Of a stretch of 64,000 nt of DNA, positions 1 to 10,846 are shown in pieces. The DNA is from an uncultured Gemmatimonadales bacterium (GTDB lineage Bacteria; Gemmatimonadota; Gemmatimonadetes; Gemmatimonadales; GWC2-71-9): contig CAVSQW010000001.1 in the NCBI GenBank assembly GCA_963730185.1, forward strand, positions 32,001 through 96,000, given 5' to 3'. A program made the position numbers and the translations under genes. A model generated the notes under the pieces. The model saw only the letters and a list, made by a program, of their open reading frames with translations. It was not told the origin of the DNA and did no database searches. The number at the start of each line of letters is the position of its first letter. Positions within the stretch are counted from its first letter, which is position 1.

Positions 1-258
1 CGTCATGGCGAGCCCGCTGGTGAGCTCGCCCAAGTTCACCAGCGCCACGGCGTGAATCGAATCCAAGTGGTTTCGGACCCGGCGGCGGTCGCGGAGTGTC
101 GTCCGGCAATAGCCTGGGTCGAGCACCTCGATCCGGGCGCCGATGCTGGCACTGTAGGGGACGAACCAGCCGAACACCCGACTGAACAGCCATCGCCCGC
201 CGGGCCAGCGTGAGAGTCGCCGCCAGAGCCCCGCCAACGTTTGTGCCTGAGACGCCAT
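1..258 (-). CDS. Hotdog-fold thioesterase / DUF4442-like protein (3' end runs off window)
   Basis: Manual translation from ATG at 258: [86 protein letters not shown]; NHLxSIHA..L.NLGE is typical of the PaaI/DUF4442 family. Confidence 0.75.
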   Translation of the reverse strand, partial: MASQAQTLAGLWRRLSRWPGGRWLFSRVFGWFVPYSASIGARIEVLDPGYCRTTLRDRRRVRNHLDSIHAVALVNLGELTSGLAMT

Positions 259-311
259 GGGCAGGGAAGCTCGGCAGCGGGTCGAGGCCCGTCAATGGCC
301 GCGAGCCCGCC

Positions 312-1076
312 TCAGAGCTCCTGACGTCGAAAGAGTAGCACGGCGAGGGCGGCGAGGAGGATCATGGCGATCCCAGCGGTCGCAATCGGCCAGGCGACCG
401 GCACGGGCTTCGACGCGAGGGCTCGCCCTCCGGCCCCCATCAGTCCGGCGAACGAGTATCGCTCCGCCGGTGGCCAGATGGTCGCGACGAGGCTTAGGAA
501 CAGGAAGCCGAGCCCGGCACCCGCCGCGCCACCGCGGGAGTGGAAGACGACGGAGAAGAGGGTCATGACCACGACCAGCAAACCGGCGTACACCAGCCAG
601 AGGAGCGTCGCGACGATCAAGGGAGCGACGGGTGCCGGCGGGAAGACGGCCCGGGTCACCGCCAGGCAGACCCCCAAGGCCAGCGTGGTGGCGCCGGCGA
701 GCAGGGCCAGCTGGGCGGCGAGCTTGGCCAACACGAAGGCGGTCCGGGAGAGCGGCTTGCTCAGCATCAGGATCGCGGTGCCCGAGGAGCGCTCGCCGGA
801 TACCACGCCGGCGCCGGCGATGATCACGGCGATGATCACCAGCTGCGACAGGTTCCTGAAGAACTGACCATAGGCGTCGAGCGCGGTCGGTTCCGGGAGC
901 CGAATCACCAGGCCCGAGTCCGGCCCCGCCAGGGAACTCACCAGCTTCGGCGCGACCAGGGCGAGGAACGGGCTAGTCGCCGCGAAGAAGAGCAGCATGC
1001 CGGGAATCACCCAGATCCGCCAGGTACGGCGAATCTCGGCCAGTTCCTTCCCGAAGAACGGGCCGAACCCGCTCAT
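312..1076 (-). CDS. ABC-2 type transporter permease (YxlG-like)
   Basis: Start reassigned to MSGFGPFFGKELAEIRRT; 6 hydrophobic segments; GERSSGTAILMLSKPLSRTAFVLAKL ABC-2 motif; overlaps stop of upstream ATPase. Confidence 0.85.
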   Translation of the reverse strand: MSGFGPFFGKELAEIRRTWRIWVIPGMLLFFAATSPFLALVAPKLVSSLAGPDSGLVIRLPEPTALDAYGQFFRNLSQLVIIAVIIAGAGVVSGERSSGTAILMLSKPLSRTAFVLAKLAAQLALLAGATTLALGVCLAVTRAVFPPAPVAPLIVATLLWLVYAGLLVVVMTLFSVVFHSRGGAAGAGLGFLFLSLVATIWPPAERYSFAGLMGAGGRALASKPVPVAWPIATAGIAMILLAALAVLLFRRQEL

Positions 1077-2005
1077 CGTGACGCCTCGCCGACCAAGCGG
1101 ACGAAGACTTCCTCGAGGCTCACCTCGCCGGTCTCGAGCCGGCGCAGTCCGAGACCGAGGGCGGCCACCGCCTCGGGCACGGCGCGCTGGGCCCGAGCGA
1201 CATCCGAGACCGTGAGCTGGAGCTTGGAGCCGTCGCGCTGCACTCCGCTCAGCCAAGCCGCTCCGGCCAGTCGTTCGGCGAGCGCGGCCGCGTCGCCGTC
1301 GACGTCGACCATGAGGCGTTCCGCAGCAGCCCGGCGCTTGAGCTCCGCCACCGGCGCGCTGGCCACCACCCGGCCCCGGTCCAGGATCGCGGCGGTGTCG
1401 CAGACCCGCTCGACGTCGGCCAGGATGTGGGTGGAGAAGAAGACCGTGGTCCGCTCCCGCAGCGACGCGATCATGTCGAGCACCTCGCGCCGCCCGATCG
1501 GATCGAGCGCGCTGGTCGGTTCGTCGAGGAGCAGGAGGCTGGGAGCGTTGACCAGGGCTTGGGCCACTCCCAGGCGCTGCTTCATTCCCCGTGAGAAGCC
1601 TCCAATCCGGGTGGTGACCCCGGAGAGGCCCGCCAGGTCGAGCAAGGTGTCCACTCGCTCACCGAGCTCGCGCCCGGCCAGACCGAACAGTCGGCCGGCC
1701 AAGTGGAGGAATTCGGCGGCGGTCATCCATTGGTAGAAGGCCGGCACGTCGGGCAGGAACCCGATTTCTCGTCGGACCTGACCGCCCAGGGCGGTGAGGT
1801 CGTGACCCAGGACTCGGGCCGATCCGCTCGTCGGCCGCGCCAGACCGGTCAGGATCCGGATGGTCGTAGTCTTGCCGGCCCCGTTCGGACCGAGGAACCC
1901 GAAGACGGATCCCCGCGGCACTTCGAACGTCACCGATTCCAGCGCCGTCGTTTCACCGAAACGCTTCCGGAGGGCATGGGCCTCGATGGCCAGCGGCGTG
2001 ATCAC
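1073..2005 (-). CDS. ABC transporter ATP-binding protein
   Basis: Walker A GPNGAGKT, signature FSRGMKQR, Walker B LLLLDEP, H-loop STH; GTG start overlaps upstream stop (GTGA). Confidence 0.92.
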   Translation of the reverse strand: MITPLAIEAHALRKRFGETTALESVTFEVPRGSVFGFLGPNGAGKTTTIRILTGLARPTSGSARVLGHDLTALGGQVRREIGFLPDVPAFYQWMTAAEFLHLAGRLFGLAGRELGERVDTLLDLAGLSGVTTRIGGFSRGMKQRLGVAQALVNAPSLLLLDEPTSALDPIGRREVLDMIASLRERTTVFFSTHILADVERVCDTAAILDRGRVVASAPVAELKRRAAAERLMVDVDGDAAALAERLAGAAWLSGVQRDGSKLQLTVSDVARAQRAVPEAVAALGLGLRRLETGEVSLEEVFVRLVGEASR

Positions 2006-2313
2006 CGGCGATCCCGGCCGCCGTAGAGGCGGTCCAGCGCCCGGTCGCGGGCCGCGCTGGAGGCGGAGCCGGTGACCCCACCGGCGGGTGGTGACGCACT
2101 CCGACCGACGGCGAGGTAGATCACCGCCCCGAGGAGGTTTCCCAGGACGATCACCACGGCCCAGATCCACTTCTGCCCGCCGGGAACCGCCGGGCGCCGG
2201 GCGAGATCGACCAGCGAGTAGACCTGGAGGACGAGTTGGATCAGGAGGAGCAGCCCGAGCGCGACGATCGCGATGAGCGGCAGGCCGGCGAGGAGCTCCG
2301 AGAGTCGGGTCAT
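2002..2313 (-). CDS. PLDc_N-domain small membrane protein (YxlE-like)
   Basis: MTRLSELLAG...LVDLARRPAVPGGQKWIWAVVIVLGNLLGAVIYLAVGR: two TM helices with the KW.W..VI...N.LG.VIY PLDc_N pattern; coupled to the ABC genes. Confidence 0.8.
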   Translation of the reverse strand: MTRLSELLAGLPLIAIVALGLLLLIQLVLQVYSLVDLARRPAVPGGQKWIWAVVIVLGNLLGAVIYLAVGRSASPPAGGVTGSASSAARDRALDRLYGGRDRR

Positions 2314-2417
2314 GTCTCGAAGCTGGGGGCTGGACCCTCTTCGCGCCAGATCCGCCCTGGCGCTACTCGTCGCGGACCCTTCCGAGGCGATCTGGTGCCC
2401 TGCCGTCCGTCGCCGAA

Positions 2418-2610
2418 GTCCATCTCGGTTCCGAGGTGCGGCGAGCGCTCGAAACCGGACGCCCCCTGCTGGCGCTCGAGTCGCCCTGGCTGGCCCACCG
2501 GTCGCCTGGGCGACCGGCTTCTCGACCGGGGTGCTGGTGGCGGTCCCTTGTCCCGACGAGACGGCCTTTCCCGCCAAGAGAGGTCGCCGCGGCGCTCGGC
2601 GCCCTGGAGT
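2418..2610 (+). pseudogene. psuG: Internally deleted relic of pseudouridine-5'-phosphate glycosidase
   Basis: EVRRALETGRPLLALESPWLAHRSP resembles the PsuG N-terminus (EV..AL..GRPVVALESTII.HG.P); nearby, in shifted frames, GFSTGVLVAVPCPDETAFP..EVAAAL resembles the PsuG G.LVANPIP.E..IP..EI..AI segment; no start codon and most of the gene missing. Confidence 0.6.
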
Positions 2611-3035
2611 CAGCTGGCGAGAACCCCGCAGGGACGGAAGACCGTGTCGTCAAGCGCGGGCGAGAACCGGTCCAGGTTGCCGGTGCCGGGAGGGATGAGG
2701 CGCGGGTCGAGCTCCGGCACGTCGTCACGGCGGAACCGGCGGCGGAGCGTGAAGCGGACCGTCCTTCCGTAGCCGAACTCGATCGGCGCGCCCTCGGCCG
2801 GTACCCGGTCGAAGTAGGCGCGCACGCTCTCCTCGTCCTCCGCGATTTCGATCCACCGGGCCCGGGTCCGGCCCACCCGAACGAAGGGGATCCCGTCCCG
2901 CCGGGGGAAGTAGCCCCAGACGAGGCGCAGGCGGAGCAGGAGGTGAGGCCGGCCGTCGAGGTCGCGCAGGATCTGGCGGCCTTCCCATTCGGGTTCCCGG
3001 TGGCCGAGCTCCGGCCCGATCGTTTCGTGCTGCAT
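2610..3035 (-). CDS. Hypothetical protein (141 aa)
   Basis: ATG preceded by purine-rich GAGAAGACGAG; protein-like composition; no recognised motif. Confidence 0.45.
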   Translation of the reverse strand: MQHETIGPELGHREPEWEGRQILRDLDGRPHLLLRLRLVWGYFPRRDGIPFVRVGRTRARWIEIAEDEESVRAYFDRVPAEGAPIEFGYGRTVRFTLRRRFRRDDVPELDPRLIPPGTGNLDRFSPALDDTVFRPCGVLAS

Positions 3036-3204
3036 CTCGTCTTCTCCCGGTCAGGGGGGCCCGCCGTCCGTCGTGACGCATCGGACGTTAGGATTCGGGC
3101 GGCGGGCCAACAAGTTGGGAAGAAGCCTGGCCTTTCCCCCTGGGAGTTTTCCTGGGTCCCCTGCCGCCGAAGGGGCCTAGGCACGGCCTGAAATCCGGCG
3201 GAGG

Positions 3205-3234
3205 TTGCTCACGGTGGTTCGGAGGCGATAGGAT
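3205..3234 (+). promoter_or_regulatory. Putative sigma70 promoter for the thiC leader
   Basis: TTGCTC-N18-TAGGAT, placing the start site at about 3241, right at the 5' edge of the riboswitch. Confidence 0.5.
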
Positions 3235-3239
3235 TCGAG

Positions 3240-5042
<1,803 letters not shown>

Positions 5043-5111
5043 GGCCCGCCCCCGCTGAGCCGGGGAGCGGCCGCCTCGCATTCCGGGCATCGGCTGGCCA
5101 AATTCAGGTCG

Positions 5112-7415
5112 ATGCCCACCAACACCGCGGAGGCGTTGCCGCTGGTCGGGATTCTCGTCCAGCTCGGCACCTCGCTCCTGCTCACGGCCTTGGTGCTGAG
5201 CCTCCGGCGGGAGGCTCGCCGCCACGACTATTTCCGGCTCTGGACCTGGGCCTGGGTGGCGCTCACCGCGGCCATCGCCTTGGTGTCCCTTCGCTACAAC
5301 GTGGTGCCGTTCCTGTCTCCGTCCGCCCTCCGAGGCAACGGCCGCCCGCTCTACCTGACGCTGCACGCCCTGTACCAGTTCGGGAAGCTCCTCTTCGCGA
5401 CCCTGGTGCTGTTGGGGACCCTCCGATACGCGCGGAACCGGTCGCTGCCGGCGGCCTGGGCGCTGCCGGTGTACCTGGCCGTGTTCGTGTATGCCGTCTT
5501 GAGCGCGGTCCTGAGCCCGAACCTCACCGTCGTGGTGGCCTGGCAGGCGCTGATCGTCGCGCCGCTGTTCGGGGTGAGCGCCTGGCTCCTGGCCTCGGCC
5601 CCGGACGACCGCCGGGGGCTCGGCACCCGGGTGCTTACCATCACCTTGGCCCTCTCGGCGGTGCTCTGGGCGGTGTACTTCGTCGCCTTCGGCGCGGCCG
5701 GGTTGGGAGTCCAGACCTCCTGGTCGGACGTGATCTCGGTGCTGACCGGCTACAACTCCTACTTCGACGCCGTGCTCGCGTTCGTGCTGGGGTTGGGCAT
5801 GGTGGTGACGGTGGTGCAGCACGGCTACGAGGAAGCCGACGCTGCCCGCCGGGCCCAGCTGGCCGAGACTCGCGAGGCGGGCCAGCGACTGGCTGAGATC
5901 CTCCAGGCTGCCCACGAAGGCATTGTCACCATCGACGCCGACCGCACCGTCATGGTGATGAACCCCGCCGCCGAGTCGATCCTCGGTACCTCCGTCCCGG
6001 AAGCCATCGGCCGGTCGTTCGACCGGTTCCTCCTTCCGGAGCAACGCCGGGCCTTCTGGGACGGGCTGGCCGTGACCACCCGTCGGTCCGAGGCTCACCC
6101 CCCGATGGCCCTCCGTCGCGAGGCGACGGGCGTCCGGGGCGACGGGGGCGTCTTCCCGATGGAGCTCGCGATCTCGACTTTCGACGGCAGCGCCCGCCAC
6201 GGCTACGTGCTGGTGCTTCGTGACCTGACCCAGCGGGAGCGGGAGCGGGAAGAGCGGGAACGGCTCCAGCAGCAGGTCGCCCAGGCGGCTCGACTCGAGG
6301 CCGTGGGGCGGATGGTGTCGGGGGTCGCGCATGAGCTCAACAACCCGCTCACCGCGATCACGGCGTTTGCCCAGGATCTCCTGCTCGAGCCCCGCAACGA
6401 CGCTGATCGCGAGGCGCTGACCGTGGTTGTGCAACAGGCCCAGCGGTGCCGGGTCATCGTCGGTGACCTTCTCATCTTCGCGCGGAACCGTCGGGACGAA
6501 CGCCGCCGGCTGGCGCCGAGCGACATGGTCGCCCGGGTGCTCCGGGTGTTCGAGCGGGATTCGAGCCGGAACGGCGTGATCCTCGACGTCGATGTGGGAC
6601 GGGACCTTCCCCCGGCCGACGTCGATCCGGTCGGGATCGAACAGGTGCTCACCAACCTGCTGACCAACGCGTTCCAAGCCACGCCGCGGGGCGGCCGGGT
6701 TTCGCTCCGGGCCCGGGCCCGCGGCGAACTGCTCGAGTTCGTGGTCGAGGACTCGGGCCTGGGGATCCCCGCCGACGCGATGCCCCGCCTCTTCGAACCG
6801 TTTTTCACCACCAAAGAGCTGGGGCAAGGAACCGGGCTCGGACTCTCGGTCTCGCACACCATTGTGCAGCAGCACGGGGGAGAGATCCGGGTCGAGAACG
6901 TCGAGGGAGCGCGCACCGGGGCGCGCTTTTCCGTAAGCCTTCCCTTCGTGGACCGGCGGGCCACCCCCCGATCGGCGACCGGTGAGACCGAGCCGACCCC
7001 GGCGCCCGCGGTCGAGTCGGTCCCCCGCCGGGTGCTCGTCGTGGATGACGAAGAGGCGATCCGGTCCGCGATGCGGCGCTCGCTGGAGCGCCGGGGGTGG
7101 ACCGTCGACGAAGCGGCCGACGGTGGAGAAGCCTTGCTCCGACTCGAGGTCGGTGGGCGGGCGGTCCCCTACGACGCGGTGGTGACCGATCTCCGGATGC
7201 CGGGGATGTCCGGGATCGAGTTGTGTCGCGAACTCGCTGAGCGGCATTCCGAGGTTCTGGAGCGCACCATCGTCATCACCGGCGACACCGCGTCGCCTAC
7301 CGTGGCCGAGTTCCTGGGCCGCACCGATCGACCCTTCCTCCAGAAGCCGTTCGACATGCGGGCTCTGGTGGAGCTGATCGAACGGGTGGCCACCGCCAAG
7401 GCAGGTGACGCGTGA
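5112..7415 (+). CDS. Membrane-bound hybrid sensor histidine kinase (multi-TM, PAS, HisKA, HATPase, REC)
   Basis: About 7 TM helices; PAS (MNPAAESILG...DGGVFPMELAIS); H-box AHELNNPL; N/G/F boxes NLLTNA, DSGLGI, FEPFFTTK, GTGLGL; receiver VVDDE..VTDLRMPGMSG..KP. Confidence 0.93.
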   Translation: MPTNTAEALPLVGILVQLGTSLLLTALVLSLRREARRHDYFRLWTWAWVALTAAIALVSLRYNVVPFLSPSALRGNGRPLYLTLHALYQFGKLLFATLVLLGTLRYARNRSLPAAWALPVYLAVFVYAVLSAVLSPNLTVVVAWQALIVAPLFGVSAWLLASAPDDRRGLGTRVLTITLALSAVLWAVYFVAFGAAGLGVQTSWSDVISVLTGYNSYFDAVLAFVLGLGMVVTVVQHGYEEADAARRAQLAETREAGQRLAEILQAAHEGIVTIDADRTVMVMNPAAESILGTSVPEAIGRSFDRFLLPEQRRAFWDGLAVTTRRSEAHPPMALRREATGVRGDGGVFPMELAISTFDGSARHGYVLVLRDLTQREREREERERLQQQVAQAARLEAVGRMVSGVAHELNNPLTAITAFAQDLLLEPRNDADREALTVVVQQAQRCRVIVGDLLIFARNRRDERRRLAPSDMVARVLRVFERDSSRNGVILDVDVGRDLPPADVDPVGIEQVLTNLLTNAFQATPRGGRVSLRARARGELLEFVVEDSGLGIPADAMPRLFEPFFTTKELGQGTGLGLSVSHTIVQQHGGEIRVENVEGARTGARFSVSLPFVDRRATPRSATGETEPTPAPAVESVPRRVLVVDDEEAIRSAMRRSLERRGWTVDEAADGGEALLRLEVGGRAVPYDAVVTDLRMPGMSGIELCRELAERHSEVLERTIVITGDTASPTVAEFLGRTDRPFLQKPFDMRALVELIERVATAKAGDA

Positions 7416-8170
7416 CCGCGCTCGGATTCTCCCTGGCCCTGGTGATCGGCCTTTCGCTCGGGCTTCTGGGTGGCGGCGGCTCGATCCTGACGGTACCGGT
7501 GCTGGTCTACATCCTCCAGCTCTCCATGAAGCAGGCCGTTCCGATGAGCTTGGCGGTGGTCGGGACCACCAGCCTGTTCGGGGCCGTCAGCCATCATCGG
7601 GCTCACAACATCCGGTGGGATGCCGCGCTCGGCTTCGGGCCGGCGGCGATGGTCGGCGCTTTTCTCGGCGGCAAGGTCGGCCTGGCGGTATCGAGCCGTC
7701 TGCAGCTCACGATCTTTGCGATTCTGATGCTGGCGGCGGCGGTGTCGATGTACTTCGGCCCGGCGCTCTGGTCCGGTGAGGCTGCCGACGGCGAGGAGAC
7801 GCCCCGCCGGCGTCCGCTTCCCCTGATCGCGGCCCTGGGCGCCACCGTCGGATTGATTACCGGCCTGGTCGGGATCGGCGGTGGCTTTCTCTACGTCCCG
7901 GCTCTCGTCCTCCTCGGCGGAGTGACGATGCGCCAAGCCGTCGGGACCTCGCTCGTCCTGATCATCCTGAGCTGCGCCGCCGGGTTGGCGAGCTATCTCG
8001 GGCAGGTCGCCATCCCCTGGGCGGAGACGGCCGGCTTCACCGCCCTCGCGATCGTGGGCGTCCTCGTGGGAAGTGCGTTGGTCCGGCGGGTTTCCCAGCG
8101 AGCGCTGCGGCGCACCTTCGCCTTGATGTTGGTGGTCATGGGCGTGCTCGTGCTGTTCAAGCCACGGTGA
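7412..8170 (+). CDS. Sulfite exporter TauE/SafE family protein
   Basis: Duplicated GLLGGGGSILTVP / GLVGIGGGFLYVP motifs, AVGTSL, about 8 TM. Confidence 0.9.
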   Translation: MTALGFSLALVIGLSLGLLGGGGSILTVPVLVYILQLSMKQAVPMSLAVVGTTSLFGAVSHHRAHNIRWDAALGFGPAAMVGAFLGGKVGLAVSSRLQLTIFAILMLAAAVSMYFGPALWSGEAADGEETPRRRPLPLIAALGATVGLITGLVGIGGGFLYVPALVLLGGVTMRQAVGTSLVLIILSCAAGLASYLGQVAIPWAETAGFTALAIVGVLVGSALVRRVSQRALRRTFALMLVVMGVLVLFKPR

Positions 8171-8181
8171 GGGGAGGAGTC

Positions 8182-9603
8182 ATGTATTTCGAGCGGTTCT
8201 ACGACCAGCGCCTGGCCCAGGCGAGCTACCTGATCGGCTGCGCGGCAACGGGCGAAGCGCTGGTCGTCGATCCCGCCCGCCTGGTCGACCCGTATCTGGC
8301 GGCGGCGGAGGCCGAAGGCCTTCGGATCACGGCGGTCACGGAGACCCACATCCACGCCGACTTCATGTCCGGGCTCCGCGAGCTCGCGGCCAGAACCGGC
8401 GCCCGGGCCTACGTGAGCGGCTGCGGTCCGGCCGATTGGCAGTACGAGTTCCGGCGCGACCCGGGCGTCGAGGTCCTCGCCGATCGCCAGGTGATCCGGA
8501 TCGGGAACATCGCGGTCGAAGCGGTCCACACGCCGGGCCACACGCCGGAGCACCTCTCGTTCCTGGTGACCGACGGGGCCGTCGCGGCCGATCCCATGGG
8601 CATCGTTACCGGTGACTTCGTCTTCGTGGGCGACGTCGGCCGGCCCGACCTGCTCGAGAAGGCCGCCCACGTCGCGGATACGAGTGATGCCGCGGCTCGC
8701 GACCTGTTCCGGAGCCTCCAATGGTTCCGGACGCTGCCGGACCACCTTCAGATCTGGCCGGGTCACGGAGCGGGGTCCGCCTGCGGGAAAGGACTCGGAG
8801 CCGTACCCCAGTCCACCGTCGGCTACGAGCGGCGCTACAACTGGGCTCTGAGCATCGATGACGTGGAGCGATTCGTGGCCCAGGTGCTCGCGGGCCAGCC
8901 GGAGCCGCCCCGCTACTTCGGGGTAATGAAGCGTATCAATCGCGAGGGGCCGCCCGTGCTCGGTAACCTTCCCCGGCCCGAACGGGTCGCCGCCGACCGG
9001 GTCGGCGCCCTGATCCGGGACGGAGCGGTGGTGGTCGACACTCGACCGACGGCCGAATTCGCGGCCGCCTTCATTCCCGGCTCGCTCAACGTCCCCTTCT
9101 CCCGAAGCTTCACGACCTACGCGGGCTCGATTCTGCCGTTCGATCGCGACCTCCACGTCCTCTTGGCGGACCCGCATCCCGAGGTCCTCGAGCGGGTGGT
9201 CGGCGCGTTGGTGTCGATCGGCCTCGACCGGGTCTCCGGGTACCTCGGTCCGGAGGCCATGGATCACTGGCCCATCAGCGAAGGCGAGCTGGCCACCATT
9301 CCCCAATGCCCGGCCGCCGACCTGGCCGCCCGCGGTCCCAACGGTCACCAGATCCTGGATGTCCGGAACCTGTCCGAATGGGAGACCGGCCACGTCCCCG
9401 GTGCCCGGCTTATTCCGCTGGCCGAGCTCGTTGACCGGATCGGCGAGCTCGGCCCCGGCCGTCCCCTGATGGTCATGTGCCAAACGGGATCCCGGTCGGC
9501 CATTGCCGCCAGCCTCCTCCGGTCGAGAGGTCATCGGGACGTCACCAACGTCGTCGGCGGGTACGTGACTTGGGTAGCCGCTGGAGGCGTCGCCGAACGG
9601 TAG
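8182..9603 (+). CDS. MBL-fold persulfide dioxygenase-rhodanese fusion (CstB-like)
   Basis: ETHIHADF, HTPGHTPEH, GDVGRPDLLE, HGAGSACG, a pseudo-rhodanese domain and a C-terminal rhodanese with active-site loop CQTGSRS; RBS GGAGGAG. Confidence 0.88.
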   Translation: MYFERFYDQRLAQASYLIGCAATGEALVVDPARLVDPYLAAAEAEGLRITAVTETHIHADFMSGLRELAARTGARAYVSGCGPADWQYEFRRDPGVEVLADRQVIRIGNIAVEAVHTPGHTPEHLSFLVTDGAVAADPMGIVTGDFVFVGDVGRPDLLEKAAHVADTSDAAARDLFRSLQWFRTLPDHLQIWPGHGAGSACGKGLGAVPQSTVGYERRYNWALSIDDVERFVAQVLAGQPEPPRYFGVMKRINREGPPVLGNLPRPERVAADRVGALIRDGAVVVDTRPTAEFAAAFIPGSLNVPFSRSFTTYAGSILPFDRDLHVLLADPHPEVLERVVGALVSIGLDRVSGYLGPEAMDHWPISEGELATIPQCPAADLAARGPNGHQILDVRNLSEWETGHVPGARLIPLAELVDRIGELGPGRPLMVMCQTGSRSAIAASLLRSRGHRDVTNVVGGYVTWVAAGGVAER

Positions 9604-9616
9604 TCGCCCAGCTCGG

Positions 9617-9633
9617 CAAGTCATTTTGACGCA
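9617..9633. promoter_or_regulatory. Putative enhancer-binding-protein (UAS) site
   Basis: Perfect dyad GTCA-TTT-TGAC (9620-9630) about 55 bp upstream of a -24/-12 motif. Confidence 0.45.
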
Positions 9634-9681
9634 CCCGGCCACGGTTTTCGACTGTGGCTGTGCCTTTTTGGCCTACTTCAA

Positions 9682-9698
9682 CGGGTACGGAGGCTGCT
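9682..9698 (+). promoter_or_regulatory. Putative sigma54 (-24/-12) promoter of hsp20
   Basis: CGGGTACGGAGGCTGCT matches YTGGCACG-N4-TTGCW with exact GG-N10-GC spacing (GG 9684-5, GC 9696-7). Confidence 0.5.
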
Positions 9699-9773
9699 CT
9701 CTGGCGCTGGCAGAGCCGGGGTCGCGGTGACCACGGCAAGCCATCAGAGAACTCGAAGACTTGGGAGGAAGCC

Positions 9774-10220
9774 ATGTTGGTGCGTTGGACGAATGCCGAG
9801 CCGACTCAGCGGACGATCGATGGGTGGGGGCGTCTCAATCGGATGTTCGACGACACGTTCGGCCTGCCGGCCGCGGGGTCCCACACCAGGGCCTGGGTAC
9901 CGGCGGTGGACGTGGCCGAAGACGAAAAGTCGTACACCTTGGCGCTGGAGCTGCCGGGGGTGAAGCCCTCGGACGTGTCGATTCAGATCGACGGGAAGCG
10001 CCTCCTGATCCAGGGTGAGAAGAAGCAGCAGCTCGAGGAGAAGACCGATCGGGTGCACCGCTTCGAGCGGACCTTCGGCAGCTTCCAGCGAGTGTTCATC
10101 CTCCCCGACACCGTGGACGTCGAGCGGATCGACGCCTCCGCGAACGACGGGGTGCTGACGATCAGCCTGCCCAAGACGGAGCGGGCCAAGGCCCGGGAGA
10201 TCCCGATCCGGGCCTCCTGA
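9774..10220 (+). CDS. Small heat-shock protein Hsp20/alpha-crystallin
   Basis: WVPAVDVAE..ELPGV..ERTFGSFQRVFILP..A..NDGVLTISLPK, C-terminal IPI motif; RBS GGAGG. Confidence 0.95.
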   Translation: MLVRWTNAEPTQRTIDGWGRLNRMFDDTFGLPAAGSHTRAWVPAVDVAEDEKSYTLALELPGVKPSDVSIQIDGKRLLIQGEKKQQLEEKTDRVHRFERTFGSFQRVFILPDTVDVERIDASANDGVLTISLPKTERAKAREIPIRAS

Positions 10221-10237
10221 TCCGGCTCGGGACGCCG

Positions 10238-10277
10238 ACGAAAAGGCCGACGCGAGGGCGCGTCGGCCTTTTTCGTT
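10238..10277. terminator. Bidirectional intrinsic terminator
   Basis: AAAAGGCCGACGCG-AGGG-CGCGTCGGCCTTTTT between convergent genes. Confidence 0.85.
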
Positions 10278-10299
10278 GGGTCCGGCCGTCGGGGCCGGC

Positions 10300-10707
10300 T
10301 CAGAACAGGAAGCGGAGCAGCCGGAATCCCCAATCGAGGGTCGCGACCGCAATGGGGAGGAGCGCCAAGCCGACCGAGAACATGAGGCCCTGTCGGAAGA
10401 GAAACGGCCCCACGAGTGGTGGGTCGTCCCGCCAGGCCACTTTGCAGCCCCAGTCGATCAACGCTCCGACCGTGTAGCACACGTTGGCCAAGATCCCGAA
10501 CACGATGACCGCGCCGAGCGGGACTCCGGAGCCGTGGGATCCGGGCGGCAGGACGGCGAAGGCCTCGACCACGCCCAAGCTGAACAGGCCGGCCCCGCCG
10601 ACGATGAGGTTGTAGCGAAGCCGACGCCGCTCCCACCAGCGTACCACCGCGAGTGGGGAGGTGGAAGCCTCCGGCAGGGGGTACAGGAATCGGTCGAGTT
10701 GAGCCAA
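10300..10707 (-). CDS. Hypothetical membrane protein (3 TM)
   Basis: TTG start; WWERRRLRYNLIVG followed by hydrophobic helices; has its own promoter and terminator. Confidence 0.7.
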   Translation of the reverse strand: MAQLDRFLYPLPEASTSPLAVVRWWERRRLRYNLIVGGAGLFSLGVVEAFAVLPPGSHGSGVPLGAVIVFGILANVCYTVGALIDWGCKVAWRDDPPLVGPFLFRQGLMFSVGLALLPIAVATLDWGFRLLRFLF

Positions 10708-10735
10708 GGTCGCCTCTGGGAAGACCTGTTTCCTT

Positions 10736-10764
10736 AGGATACTCCTCGGCCCTCAGGCCGTCAA
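10736..10764 (-). promoter_or_regulatory. Putative sigma70 promoter
   Basis: TTGACG-N17-TATCCT on the minus strand upstream of 10707; dyad TACTT-N9-AAGTA (10766-10784) abuts the -35. Confidence 0.55.
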
Positions 10765-10846
10765 GTACTTTGCGACGACAAGTATGAATCTGATCAGGTT
10801 CCGGCCGCCAGGACGAACGCCATCGTGGGGTCGCCGCTGGGGTCGC

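Noticed and set aside
9708..9734. Possible CIRCE (HrcA) element before hsp20
   Set aside because: Only CTGGCA matches the left arm; the right arm does not fit GAGTGC(T/C)A(A/G) at N9 spacing.
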